DNA of 42,470 nucleotides from Nocardioides sp. (GTDB taxonomy: Bacteria > Actinomycetota > Actinomycetes > Propionibacteriales > Nocardioidaceae): assembly GCA_035762385.1 (NCBI GenBank), contig DASTPB010000099.1, forward strand, positions 1 to 42,470, in the 5' to 3' direction. Shown piece after piece: positions 18,591-27,125 of this stretch. Position numbers and translations under genes: made by a program. The notes under the pieces are model-generated. The model was not told where the DNA came from, ran no database searches, and saw nothing but the letters and a program-made list of their open reading frames with translations. Within the stretch, counting starts at the first letter, position 1. The number at the start of each line of letters is the position of its first letter.

Positions 18591-20819
18591 ATGACGACAT
18601 CAGTGTTCAGGCCAGGACGACCGCGGCGAGCCGCCGCGCTCGTCCTGGCACTCACAGCAGTAGTGGGCGGTGGCAGCCTGGTCGCCTCCGCGCTCGCACC
18701 CCCGCCCGCGCACAAGCAGGGCACTGTCGGCCTCAAGCAGGTCGGGCCGATCAACGAGGAGAACGGCTATCCGCTCTGGTACAAGGACACCAACAACGTG
18801 AAGCTCGAGCTCTGCCTCGACCCGAGCGACTCCAACTGCATCATGGGCGACGTCCCCGACCCGACCAGCCCGGTGTCGTTCCCCGACAACTTCCCCGACG
18901 AGGCGTTCTACGCCGCCGCGGAGACCTCGATCGACTACGGCGCCGGCACGGCCCAGCTCGTGACGGCGCTCGAGGCCGCCTTCGCGTCCGCGGACGGCCT
19001 CCCGGCACCCGGCCAGCAGGTCACCTTCGGGCGCATCCGGATGCGCGCCTCCGGTCTGGTGGACGGAGCCGAGTACACCCTCACCCACCCGTTCGGCGTG
19101 GACCACGTCACCGCCGAGCCCGGCGCCTTCAAGGGGATCAACGTGACCGAGGACATCGGCTCGCTCACCCCCGACGGGGTGTTCGACCAGACACTGGGCA
19201 GCCGCCCCGGCCCGTTCCTCAAGTGGGACCCCGCCGTGGCGCCCGCTGCGCCCGCCGGCTACCTCGGCGACGTGACCCAGGGCCACCCGGTCGTCGGCAG
19301 CCCGTACTCCACGAACTTCTTCCGCGTCGAAGGGCCCAAGGGGTCGTTCACGGGCTCGACCCAGCTGTGCCAGGACCCGAGCCTGGGCAACGACCCCGTC
19401 GCGCTCGACGACTGCATCCAGACCAACGACTTCTTCGTCCAGGGCAAGATCGCCACCCGCATGGGCGTCCAGGTCACGCACGCGACGTACTCGAACTCGG
19501 GGACGGGTCAGCTCATGGACATCTTCGCGACGAGCGAGGCAGGCCAGGAGCTCGTCGTCAAGGGCAGTGGCGTCCCGCAGACGAAGATGCGGGAGGACGC
19601 CGCGCGTCCCGGCCGCTACTACGCCCGCGTGTTCGCCGACGGCCCCCCGCCCTCCGACCTGTCGGTGACCAACGTGACCGACGCGCCCGACACGATCGAC
19701 CACATCCCGAACTCGATGTTCGGCGACAAGGTGCACATCGGCAGAGCGGTCTACAACAACGACACCCGCACCCTGACGGTCGATGCCGAGTCGGGCGTCG
19801 GCACGTCCGTACTGTCGCTCGCCGACCTCCCGAACGCCGCGTCGACGGTCACCCAGGGCGTCACGACGTGGACCGTCCCCAACCTCGCCGTGCCCCCGCC
19901 GGAGGTGACGGTCACGTCCGGGAAGGGTGGGGTCGACAGCGAGGACGTCGTGATCACCGGCGCCGAGGACAAGGCCGTCGACGTCACAGCGGTCATCACC
20001 GCTGACACGACGCAGCTGCAGGTCAACCAGACCCTGACCCTCGACGGCCTCGCCTCTGCCGGCACCGTCAGCAGCTACGCGTGGAGCGTCGCCCCGACGG
20101 TCGGTGCCAAGCTCACCCCGGTCGGCACCTCCGGGTCGTCCGTCACGTTCGCCGCGACGGCGGCCGGGACCTACACGGTCAGGCTCACGGTCACCGGCAA
20201 GACCAGCAGCAGCTCGACGGACCTCACGATCACGGTGCAGTCGCCGAACGCCGTTCCGGTCGCCGATGCGGGCCCCGACCAGCTCGGCGTGGTGCCGACG
20301 TCCACGGTGAACCTCGACGGCACCTCGTCGAAGTTCGCGTCGGCGTACTCCTGGACCCAGGCCACCACGGACGGCACCCAGGTCACCCTGCGCAACCCGA
20401 CGACGGCCAACCCGTCCTTCGTGGTGCCGGCGTCCAGCCAGCCGCTGACCCTGAACTTCAAGCTGACCATCACCGACGTCAACGGGACGACGGCCACCGA
20501 CACCGTGCGCGTGGTCACCGACCCCGGGTCGGTCTCGGTCGACAGTGCGTCCTACAAGGCGGGCAACCTGGAGTGGCGGGTGAGGGGCACGGCCAAGTTC
20601 TGCGCGGCCGGCAACCTCGTGAGCGTCTACTGGAACAAGCCGGGCACGAGCCCGGTCCTGCTCGGCACCACCACGCCGACGCTCGCGCTGGGGGTCTGTG
20701 ACTACGACTTCCGGATCAAGAACGTCCCGGCGGCGCTCCGGCCGACGGCCGCCGGCACCGTGACCGCGAAGTCGGCCTACGGAGGAGACTCCGGGGCGGT
20801 GGCGTTCTCCTTCCAGTGA
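18591..20819 (+). CDS. Secreted 742-aa protein: uncharacterised N-terminal domain plus PKD/Ig-like domains
   Basis: Sec-type signal (...GSLVASA), NGYPLWYKD...LELCLD N-domain, PKD-like LDGLAS..SYAW..GTYTVRLTV and PVADAGPDQ..LDGTSS..YSW; six Cys; no sortase or TM anchor. Confidence 0.8.
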   Translation: MTTSVFRPGRPRRAAALVLALTAVVGGGSLVASALAPPPAHKQGTVGLKQVGPINEENGYPLWYKDTNNVKLELCLDPSDSNCIMGDVPDPTSPVSFPDNFPDEAFYAAAETSIDYGAGTAQLVTALEAAFASADGLPAPGQQVTFGRIRMRASGLVDGAEYTLTHPFGVDHVTAEPGAFKGINVTEDIGSLTPDGVFDQTLGSRPGPFLKWDPAVAPAAPAGYLGDVTQGHPVVGSPYSTNFFRVEGPKGSFTGSTQLCQDPSLGNDPVALDDCIQTNDFFVQGKIATRMGVQVTHATYSNSGTGQLMDIFATSEAGQELVVKGSGVPQTKMREDAARPGRYYARVFADGPPPSDLSVTNVTDAPDTIDHIPNSMFGDKVHIGRAVYNNDTRTLTVDAESGVGTSVLSLADLPNAASTVTQGVTTWTVPNLAVPPPEVTVTSGKGGVDSEDVVITGAEDKAVDVTAVITADTTQLQVNQTLTLDGLASAGTVSSYAWSVAPTVGAKLTPVGTSGSSVTFAATAAGTYTVRLTVTGKTSSSSTDLTITVQSPNAVPVADAGPDQLGVVPTSTVNLDGTSSKFASAYSWTQATTDGTQVTLRNPTTANPSFVVPASSQPLTLNFKLTITDVNGTTATDTVRVVTDPGSVSVDSASYKAGNLEWRVRGTAKFCAAGNLVSVYWNKPGTSPVLLGTTTPTLALGVCDYDFRIKNVPAALRPTAAGTVTAKSAYGGDSGAVAFSFQ

Positions 20820-20874
20820 GCTGGGAAGGGCAGCATCGCCTCTCCCCCTGAGGTGGTGCGAGGCAGCAGCTCCG

Positions 20875-20912
20875 CCGGTGCCCGGTGGTCCGCACGGACC
20901 GCCGGGCACCGG
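20875..20912 (+). terminator. Hairpin after the PKD protein gene
   Basis: ccggtgcccggtggtcc, loop gcac, ggaccgccgggcaccgg: 17-bp stem with one G-U pair. Confidence 0.7.
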
Positions 20913-20937
20913 TGCGTCTGGACCGGGCCGCCCGCCC

Positions 20938-20969
20938 ACAAGCAAACCCCAAGGTCGGCCGATCACGCT
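20938..20969 (+). promoter_or_regulatory. Direct-repeat box 2 plus -10
   Basis: ACAAG-caaacc-CCAAG, 10 nt, CACGCT. Confidence 0.62.
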
Positions 20970-21005
20970 TGCCGCAGGTCAGCACGACAAGAGATGGGGA
21001 TTGCC

Positions 21006-22706
21006 ATGACAGGAGTGACACGACGGGGGGTGCTGGCGACCGTGGGTTTGGGGACCGTTGCGGTCGCAGGTGTGACGATGCCCCTCGGCCAGTCGGCCAG
21101 CACGAAGGACTGGATCAGCACGGCGCCGAAGCCCGCCCGGTTCGTCCGGCAGATGCCGGTGCCGCAACCACTCGTCCCGACCGTCATGAACGACGAGTAC
21201 GGCGAGTACCACCTGTACGAGATCGACGAGCGGGCCACCCAGGCCCAGCTGCTCGACCCCGGGGCGCCGGCCACCACCGTGCTGGCGTACGCCCCTGCGA
21301 ACGGGACGCCCTCGGTCCCCGGACCGCTCATCAAGGTGCAGCAGAACACCCGGGTGTGCCTGAAGGTCCGCAACCAGCTGCCGGCGATCCACCCGGTGTT
21401 CGGCTACCCGGCCGCCACGTCGGTGCACCTCCACGGGTCCGCGTCGCTGCCGCAGTTCGACGGCTACGCCGACGACCTGACCCAGCCGAGCCACTGGAAG
21501 GCGTACTGGTACCCGAACCACCAGGGACCGCGCACGCTCTGGTACCACGACCACGCGGTGCACCACACGGCCCAGAACGTCTACAGCGGCCTGGTCGCCC
21601 AGTACCACCTCCAGAACGCCTGGGAGCAGGCCAACCTGCCGCAGGGGCCGTACGACGTGCCGCTGACCGTGAGCGACGCGATGTTCGACTCCGACGGCAA
21701 CCTGGCCTACATGGACCGGGACCACGCCGGGCTCTACGGCGACGTGATCACCGTCAACGGGGTCCCGTGGCCCTACTTCGACGTCGAGCAGCGCTACTAC
21801 CGCTTCCGGGTGCTCGTCGCGACGCTGTCGCGCTCGTTCAACTTCCGGTTCGTCAACACGCGCACCAACGCCGTGCTGCCGGTGCACGTCATCGGCACCG
21901 ACGGCGGGCTCATGGTGCCGCAGCAGGTGACGAGCTGGCGTCACGGCGGGGCAGAGCGCTACGAGGTCATGGTCGACTTCAGCGGTTGCCGCATCGGTGA
22001 CCGCGTCGAGCTGCGCAACACCAGCAACAAGAACAACGTCGACTGGCTCCACACCGGCAAGGTCCTGCAGCTGCGGGTCACCTCGCCGGCCCGGAGCACC
22101 GCGGCCAACGCCGTGGTGACACCGCCCAGCTCGGAGATCAACGAGGTGATGTCGGCGCCCCGCAGCAGCTCACGCCGCACCCGCGACATCGACCTCGAGC
22201 ACGACGACGAGACCAACGAGTACCTCATCAACGGCATGTCCTGGGGCGAGATCCAGGCAGGCAACTGGAACATCTTCACCGACGAGGGCGACCCGCCTCG
22301 CCCCGGTGACTACGAGATCTGGCGGATCGAGAACAACTCGGGTGGCTGGTTCCACCCGCTGCACATCCACCTCGTCGACTTCCGCGTGCTCAGCCGGAAG
22401 GGAGGCCTCGGCACGGTCGCCCCGTGGGAGCGGGGCCCCAAGGACGTCGTCTACGTCGGCGAGGGTGAGACCGTCGAGGTCCTGGTGCACTACGCCATGG
22501 CACCCGAGCGCTACCCCGACGGCCGCTCGACAGGTCAGGCCGGAGCCACCGGCTCCCTAGGAGGTCGCTACATGATCCACTGCCACAACCTCGCCCACGA
22601 GGACCACGACATGATGGGCCAGTTCCTCGTCGGACCCGCCACAGGCGAGCCCGACCTGACCCCGACGTCCCCCAACCACCCGTTCTACGCGGCGCCGTCG
22701 GTGTGA
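21006..22706 (+). CDS. Tat-exported three-domain multicopper oxidase (CotA/bilirubin oxidase-like)
   Basis: TRRGVL twin-arginine signal; all four copper motifs present: VHLHG, WYHDH, HPLHIHL, HCHNLAHEDHDMM. Confidence 0.95.
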   Translation: MTGVTRRGVLATVGLGTVAVAGVTMPLGQSASTKDWISTAPKPARFVRQMPVPQPLVPTVMNDEYGEYHLYEIDERATQAQLLDPGAPATTVLAYAPANGTPSVPGPLIKVQQNTRVCLKVRNQLPAIHPVFGYPAATSVHLHGSASLPQFDGYADDLTQPSHWKAYWYPNHQGPRTLWYHDHAVHHTAQNVYSGLVAQYHLQNAWEQANLPQGPYDVPLTVSDAMFDSDGNLAYMDRDHAGLYGDVITVNGVPWPYFDVEQRYYRFRVLVATLSRSFNFRFVNTRTNAVLPVHVIGTDGGLMVPQQVTSWRHGGAERYEVMVDFSGCRIGDRVELRNTSNKNNVDWLHTGKVLQLRVTSPARSTAANAVVTPPSSEINEVMSAPRSSSRRTRDIDLEHDDETNEYLINGMSWGEIQAGNWNIFTDEGDPPRPGDYEIWRIENNSGGWFHPLHIHLVDFRVLSRKGGLGTVAPWERGPKDVVYVGEGETVEVLVHYAMAPERYPDGRSTGQAGATGSLGGRYMIHCHNLAHEDHDMMGQFLVGPATGEPDLTPTSPNHPFYAAPSV

Positions 22707-23317
22707 GCTCCAAGCCGCCAACCGGCGGCGTGCGGGTGCCGCGCCGAACCGCACGTCAGACCCCGCCCCCCCAAAGGGGTCGGCGTGCTGGAGCGCCGCA
22801 CCACACGACGCGCCGATCCACCCATGCCCCTGAGGTGGGTCGGCGCGTCGTCCTCTTGCTGGCGGTGGCCGTGCTCGTCGCCACCGTCGTCGTCCGGCTC
22901 ACCATCGCGGGTGCCGTCCGCATCGAGTCCTCCAGCATGGCCCCGACCCTCGAACGAGGCGACGTGGTGCTGGTGTCGAAGCGCGCCCCGCAGCCCGACG
23001 CGCTGAGCCGGGGCGACCTGGTCGTCTTCCGCATGCCCGACGGTCACCGGGCGATCAAGCGCATCGTCGCCCTGCCCGGCGACACCATCGTCATCCTCGA
23101 CGGCCAGCTGCACGTCAACGACCGCGTCGTGCGCGAGCCGTACGTCGACCACGCGACGATCGACGGCTACTACAGCCGCACGTGGCGGGTGCCGTCCGGT
23201 TCCGTCTTCGTGCTCGGCGACAACCGGGCGAACTCGATCGACTCGCGCGACTACGGACCGGTCGCGGTCGACGACCTCCTCGGACGGGTCATCGTCACCC
23301 TCTGGCCGCCGGGCTGA
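22703..23317 (+). CDS. lepB: Signal peptidase I
   Basis: One TM, SSSMAPTL (catalytic Ser), IKRIVALPGD (catalytic Lys), LGDNRANSIDSR; GTG start overlaps the oxidase stop (GTGA). Confidence 0.9.
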   Translation: MSSKPPTGGVRVPRRTARQTPPPQRGRRAGAPHHTTRRSTHAPEVGRRVVLLLAVAVLVATVVVRLTIAGAVRIESSSMAPTLERGDVVLVSKRAPQPDALSRGDLVVFRMPDGHRAIKRIVALPGDTIVILDGQLHVNDRVVREPYVDHATIDGYYSRTWRVPSGSVFVLGDNRANSIDSRDYGPVAVDDLLGRVIVTLWPPG

Positions 23318-23426
23318 CCCGCCGACGCGGGTCGTTCCGTCACACCCGCGCGACCGGGCTCGGGGTGCCGTGCGCGGCCCGAGCGTCGCCCCGGCCGGAC
23401 GTCGGGCCGGCCGGGTCAGGTAGGTG

Positions 23427-25259
23427 TCAGCGACGCCGTACGAGCGCGGGCAGAACAGCGGCGCCGAGGACGACCGTCGCTGCCGCGGCCGCCAGCCCGG
23501 CGCGCCGCTGGTCCATGACCGGGTCCACCCAGCTCCACCGCAGCTCGAGGAACCACTCGGCGGCCAGCAGCCGCTCTCCGAGCAGCAGCTGCAGGGCGAG
23601 CGCAGCCAGGCACACCACCGGGACGAGGATCCCGACCCGGTCGAGCGCCCCGGGGGCTCCGGCCGTACCGGCACCCCTCAGCGCGTCGAAGTAGCTGAAA
23701 CCGGCGACGGAGCCGGCCAGCAGCACCAGCAGGTGCGTCCAGTGGGACTGCTGCGACCACTCGATGAGCGGCGTGCGGTAGACCAGCACGACCAGCACCC
23801 CCACCGCCACGCCCCCCGCGACCAGGTCGGCCGAGAGGCCCCCGGGACCGGGACGGGACGTGAGCTGCCGTGGCGCCGACCGGGCGACGAGCGCGGGGAC
23901 GGCCAGCACCATCACGAGCAGCTGGACGACCTGCATGCTGAGCATCGCGGGGGCGTAGGTGGCCACTCCCGAGCAGAGCGCGACCAGGGCCAGGACGGCG
24001 GCCGCGTCCGCCGCTCGCGTGCGGGACGAGGGCCAGGTGCCGACCGTCGCCTCGAACCGACGTATGCCGGCGCGGTAGGCGAGCCAGGCGCCCGCGATCG
24101 CCAGCAGAGCGACGGCGTTGGGCCGTACGGCGGTGGCCAGCGAGAGCCAGGAGATCGGCTCGACCGCAGCCGGGAGGCTGGCGTGTCCGGACCCGTGCTG
24201 CGGGACGAGGGTCGGCGCCGGGGGCGGGGTGCGGGACAGGGCCACGGCCAGCCCGCTCGCTGCTCCCATGAGCACGAGCTCGGCGGTCGCGAGCCGCACG
24301 AAGGGTCGCACCGTCCCGCCGTCGAGCCGCCGCAGGGTCCGCCGCCGGTGCGCGTGCCCGCAGGCACCGAGCGCGACCAGCGCGACCATCTTGGCGCCGA
24401 CCAGCACGCCGTACCCGCTCGACCACGACGCCCACGACGGGTCCAACCGGGTCAGGGCGGTCCAGGCTCCGGAGAGGGCGAGCGCGACGAAGCATCCCAG
24501 CGCGAGGGTGCTGAAGCGTCCGACGGCGGTGCCCAGCAGGTCACGGTGTCGCCGCAGGTGCACCAGCAGGCCGACGAGTCCACCGACCCACAGAGCCGCC
24601 GCACCCACGTGGACGACGATCCCGGTGGCGGCGACCTCGACGTCGGAGACCGAGGCGGCATGGCCGGCCAGCACGGGCGGCAGCAGGGCGCCGACCGAGA
24701 GCACGAGGGCGACCCGGGCGCCGGTGGTCGTGACGGCCCGGACCGCGACGACCGCGCACGTTGCCGCCACGGCAGCGGCGACCAGGCGTGCGGCGCTCGC
24801 GCCGGTGGTGAGGTCGACCGGGGTGCCCCCCGGCAGGAGCGCCCCGAGCGGTGCTCCTGCCGTGTCGAGGGCACCCAGCGCGGCTGCTGCGACCGAGAGG
24901 ACAACCGCCCCCGCCCCCCACCGGGCTGCCGACCGCAGCGCGGCACGAGCGGGGCCGGAGAGGACGCCGCCCTCCCCGGGGGTGACGAGCAACCCGGCGA
25001 CGAGCGCTGGTCCGACGGCGAGGAGCCCCGCCCCGAGGACGGCGAGCTCCAGCCCGGGCAGGGTCCAGCCGACCCACTGCCCGGCCGCGGGGAGGCCGAC
25101 GGGCGAGGGTGCCGGGCGACCACCCCCGACCACCAGGGCGGCGACCAGCGCAGCCGCTGCGGTGACGACCACGGCGACGACGACCAGGATGCCGGAGCGG
25201 ACGGGCACGGAGAAGGCAGCACCATGGCGCCGGGCCACCCACAGCTCACGTGTCGACAT
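23427..25259 (-). CDS. CopD / Caa3_CtaG-like copper-handling membrane fusion protein
   Basis: GHAA...VHVGAAALWVGGL and RFSTLA...YGVLVGAK (CopD); C-terminal CtaG-like region ending in DQRRAG. Start chosen at MSTREL. Confidence 0.78.
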   Translation of the reverse strand: MSTRELWVARRHGAAFSVPVRSGILVVVAVVVTAAAALVAALVVGGGRPAPSPVGLPAAGQWVGWTLPGLELAVLGAGLLAVGPALVAGLLVTPGEGGVLSGPARAALRSAARWGAGAVVLSVAAAALGALDTAGAPLGALLPGGTPVDLTTGASAARLVAAAVAATCAVVAVRAVTTTGARVALVLSVGALLPPVLAGHAASVSDVEVAATGIVVHVGAAALWVGGLVGLLVHLRRHRDLLGTAVGRFSTLALGCFVALALSGAWTALTRLDPSWASWSSGYGVLVGAKMVALVALGACGHAHRRRTLRRLDGGTVRPFVRLATAELVLMGAASGLAVALSRTPPPAPTLVPQHGSGHASLPAAVEPISWLSLATAVRPNAVALLAIAGAWLAYRAGIRRFEATVGTWPSSRTRAADAAAVLALVALCSGVATYAPAMLSMQVVQLLVMVLAVPALVARSAPRQLTSRPGPGGLSADLVAGGVAVGVLVVLVYRTPLIEWSQQSHWTHLLVLLAGSVAGFSYFDALRGAGTAGAPGALDRVGILVPVVCLAALALQLLLGERLLAAEWFLELRWSWVDPVMDQRRAGLAAAAATVVLGAAVLPALVRRR

Positions 25260-25265
25260 GGACGC

Positions 25266-25297
25266 ACGATCTCGGGTGTCGCTTGGGGAAACCTTGG
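25266..25297 (-). promoter_or_regulatory. Direct-repeat box 3 plus -10 (leaderless copD-ctaG promoter)
   Basis: Minus strand: CCAAG-gtttcc-CCAAG, 10 nt, GATCGT, 6 nt, ATG. Confidence 0.68.
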
Positions 25298-25311
25298 AAC
25301 TTCGGTCTAGC

Positions 25312-25379
25312 CACCCCCTCCACGTTGGGGGTGTCGCACCCCCACATCGGCGGCTGCCGACCCCCCACCTCGCGGCTGC
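25312..25379 (+). repeat. Inverted repeat plus ~22-bp-period imperfect repeats upstream of the SARP gene
   Basis: CACCCCC..GGGGGTG (25312-25333); acccccacatcggcggctgc (25338-25357); accccccacctcgcggctgc (25360-25379). Confidence 0.55.
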
Positions 25380-25433
25380 ACCCTTGTCGGGACGGCCGGG
25401 GGGCCGTCCACATGACGTCCAGGGGGACCAGAG

Positions 25434-26333
25434 ATGCTGCACCTGAAGCTGTTCGGTGAGACCACGCTGATCGACGAGAGCGGCCGACCCGTCGCGATCG
25501 ACCTGGGGGGTGTCAAGCCTCGCCAGATCCTGGAGATGCTGGCGCTCAGCTCGGGACCGCTGTCCAAGGACCGCATCGCCGACCTGCTGTGGGACCAGGC
25601 GCCTCCGAAGTCCTACCTCGGCACGCTGGAGAGCTACGTGTGCGTGCTCAGGCGCGGCCTGGCCCACGGACGCGGGCGCACCTCCGCGATCCGCACCGTG
25701 ATGCACGGCTACATCCTCGACGCCGACGTCGTGACGACCGACGTGTCCGAGTTCCGCAGCCTCGCGCGGGCCGCTGCCCAGGCCCCCACCCCCGAGGCGG
25801 CACTCCCGCTGTTCCGCGAGGCCCTCGCCCTCGTCGGCGGTGAGCTGCTGGCGAGCGAGTCCTACGCAGGGTGGGCGGTGCGCGAGCGGGAGCAGTTCTC
25901 CCTGGAGCTCTCCGGGTGCGCCACCGCGGCCGCACGCGCCGCGCTAGCGACGGGGGCAGTCGACGAGGCCGTCCGGATGGCGCAGGTGGCGATAGCCCAG
26001 GACGCGCTCGGCGAGGAGGCCAACCGCGTCCTCATGCGTGCGCTCGCCGCATCCGGCCGTCGCTCCGAGGCGCTGAAGACCTACCTGCGGCTGCGCGGTG
26101 CCCTCGAGGCCGAGCTCGGCATCGCGCCGTCGGCGGCCACCCAGACGCTGTACGTCGAGCTGCTCGGCACCGACGACGGCGCGAGCCGCGACGTCACCAG
26201 TGACAGGCACGACGACCTGTCGACGCTCCTCGACCTCGTGCGCCACGCCGTGGGTGCCATGCCGGGCCGGGCGCAGGCCACCCTCAACAAGGCCCTCGAG
26301 GAGGTCGTCGCCGACCTCGCGCTGGCGGGATGA
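25434..26333 (+). CDS. SARP/AfsR-type activator (winged HTH plus BTAD)
   Basis: LKLFG, KPRQILEMLAL, IADLLW, YVCVLRR, TDVSEF, EEANRVLMRALAASGRRSEAL...ELGIAPS. Confidence 0.9.
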   Translation: MLHLKLFGETTLIDESGRPVAIDLGGVKPRQILEMLALSSGPLSKDRIADLLWDQAPPKSYLGTLESYVCVLRRGLAHGRGRTSAIRTVMHGYILDADVVTTDVSEFRSLARAAAQAPTPEAALPLFREALALVGGELLASESYAGWAVREREQFSLELSGCATAAARAALATGAVDEAVRMAQVAIAQDALGEEANRVLMRALAASGRRSEALKTYLRLRGALEAELGIAPSAATQTLYVELLGTDDGASRDVTSDRHDDLSTLLDLVRHAVGAMPGRAQATLNKALEEVVADLALAG

Positions 26334-26456
26334 CGTCCTCACTATTGGGCAAGCTGTCGCCGAGATCGAACCACCACCCCCCGGTCGGGCCTAGCGTCAC
26401 CCCATCGAGTGGCCCGCGTATCCGGGAGCTGCCACTCCGGGGACAGGAGCAGTGGG

Positions 26457-27125
26457 ATGCACGACGCTGGGGGGCGCCTCGGGAGGGGAGGCGCCCGCGT
26501 ACTGGTCGCTGACGACCACCGCACCTTCACCGACCTGGTCGGTGTGGCGCTGGGGTCCGAGGCCGAGATCGAGTGGGTCGGTGCCGCGCACGACGCAGCC
26601 AGCGCCCGGAGCATGGTCGAGCAGTTCCGGCCGAACGTGGTCGTCATGGACGTCCGCCTCGGGGAGGACGACGGCCTGGTGCTCACCCGGGAGCTCACCG
26701 CCGACCACCCGCACATGAGGGTCGTCGTCCTCACGGCCGAGACCAACGGGAAGGTCCTGCTGCGCGCCGCCCGCGCCGGCGCGTGCGCGCTGCTGCCGAA
26801 GGGCGGCCCGTTCAGCGAGCTGCTCACCGCCATCCGCAGTGCGTCGACCGACAGCCTCTCCATCCAGCCGGCGCTGCTCCGCGCCCTCCGCTCCGAGGAC
26901 CCCGAGGGCCTCGATGCGCACCGGACCACGACGTCGCTCACGCCGCAGGAGGAGCGGGTGCTGCGGATGCTGTCCGCCGGACGCGACGTCCGGTGGATCT
27001 CCCACGACCTGAGCATCTCGGTCCACACGAGTCGCGGCTACGTCAAGAGCATCCTGAGCAAGCTCCACGCCCACTCCCAGCTCGAGGCGGTCGCGGCCGC
27101 ACGCGAGGCGGGACTCATCCCGTGA
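26457..27125 (+). CDS. NarL/LuxR-family response regulator
   Basis: VLVADDH, VMDVRL, LPK; HTH LTPQEERVL...ISVHTSRGYVKSILSKL..HSQLEAV. Confidence 0.92.
   Translation: MHDAGGRLGRGGARVLVADDHRTFTDLVGVALGSEAEIEWVGAAHDAASARSMVEQFRPNVVVMDVRLGEDDGLVLTRELTADHPHMRVVVLTAETNGKVLLRAARAGACALLPKGGPFSELLTAIRSASTDSLSIQPALLRALRSEDPEGLDAHRTTTSLTPQEERVLRMLSAGRDVRWISHDLSISVHTSRGYVKSILSKLHAHSQLEAVAAAREAGLIP

Noticed and set aside
18600-20966. 788-aa minus-strand ORF
   Set aside because: Antisense shadow of the PKD protein gene.
25312-25379. Possible mini CRISPR or iteron array
   Set aside because: Only 2-3 degenerate units, no spacers, no cas or rep genes; better explained as operators.
26349-26364. GCAAG-ctgtcg-CCGAG as a fifth direct-repeat box
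   Set aside because: Both halves are degenerate and there is no NANNNT hexamer 10 nt downstream; possible weak site but not counted.
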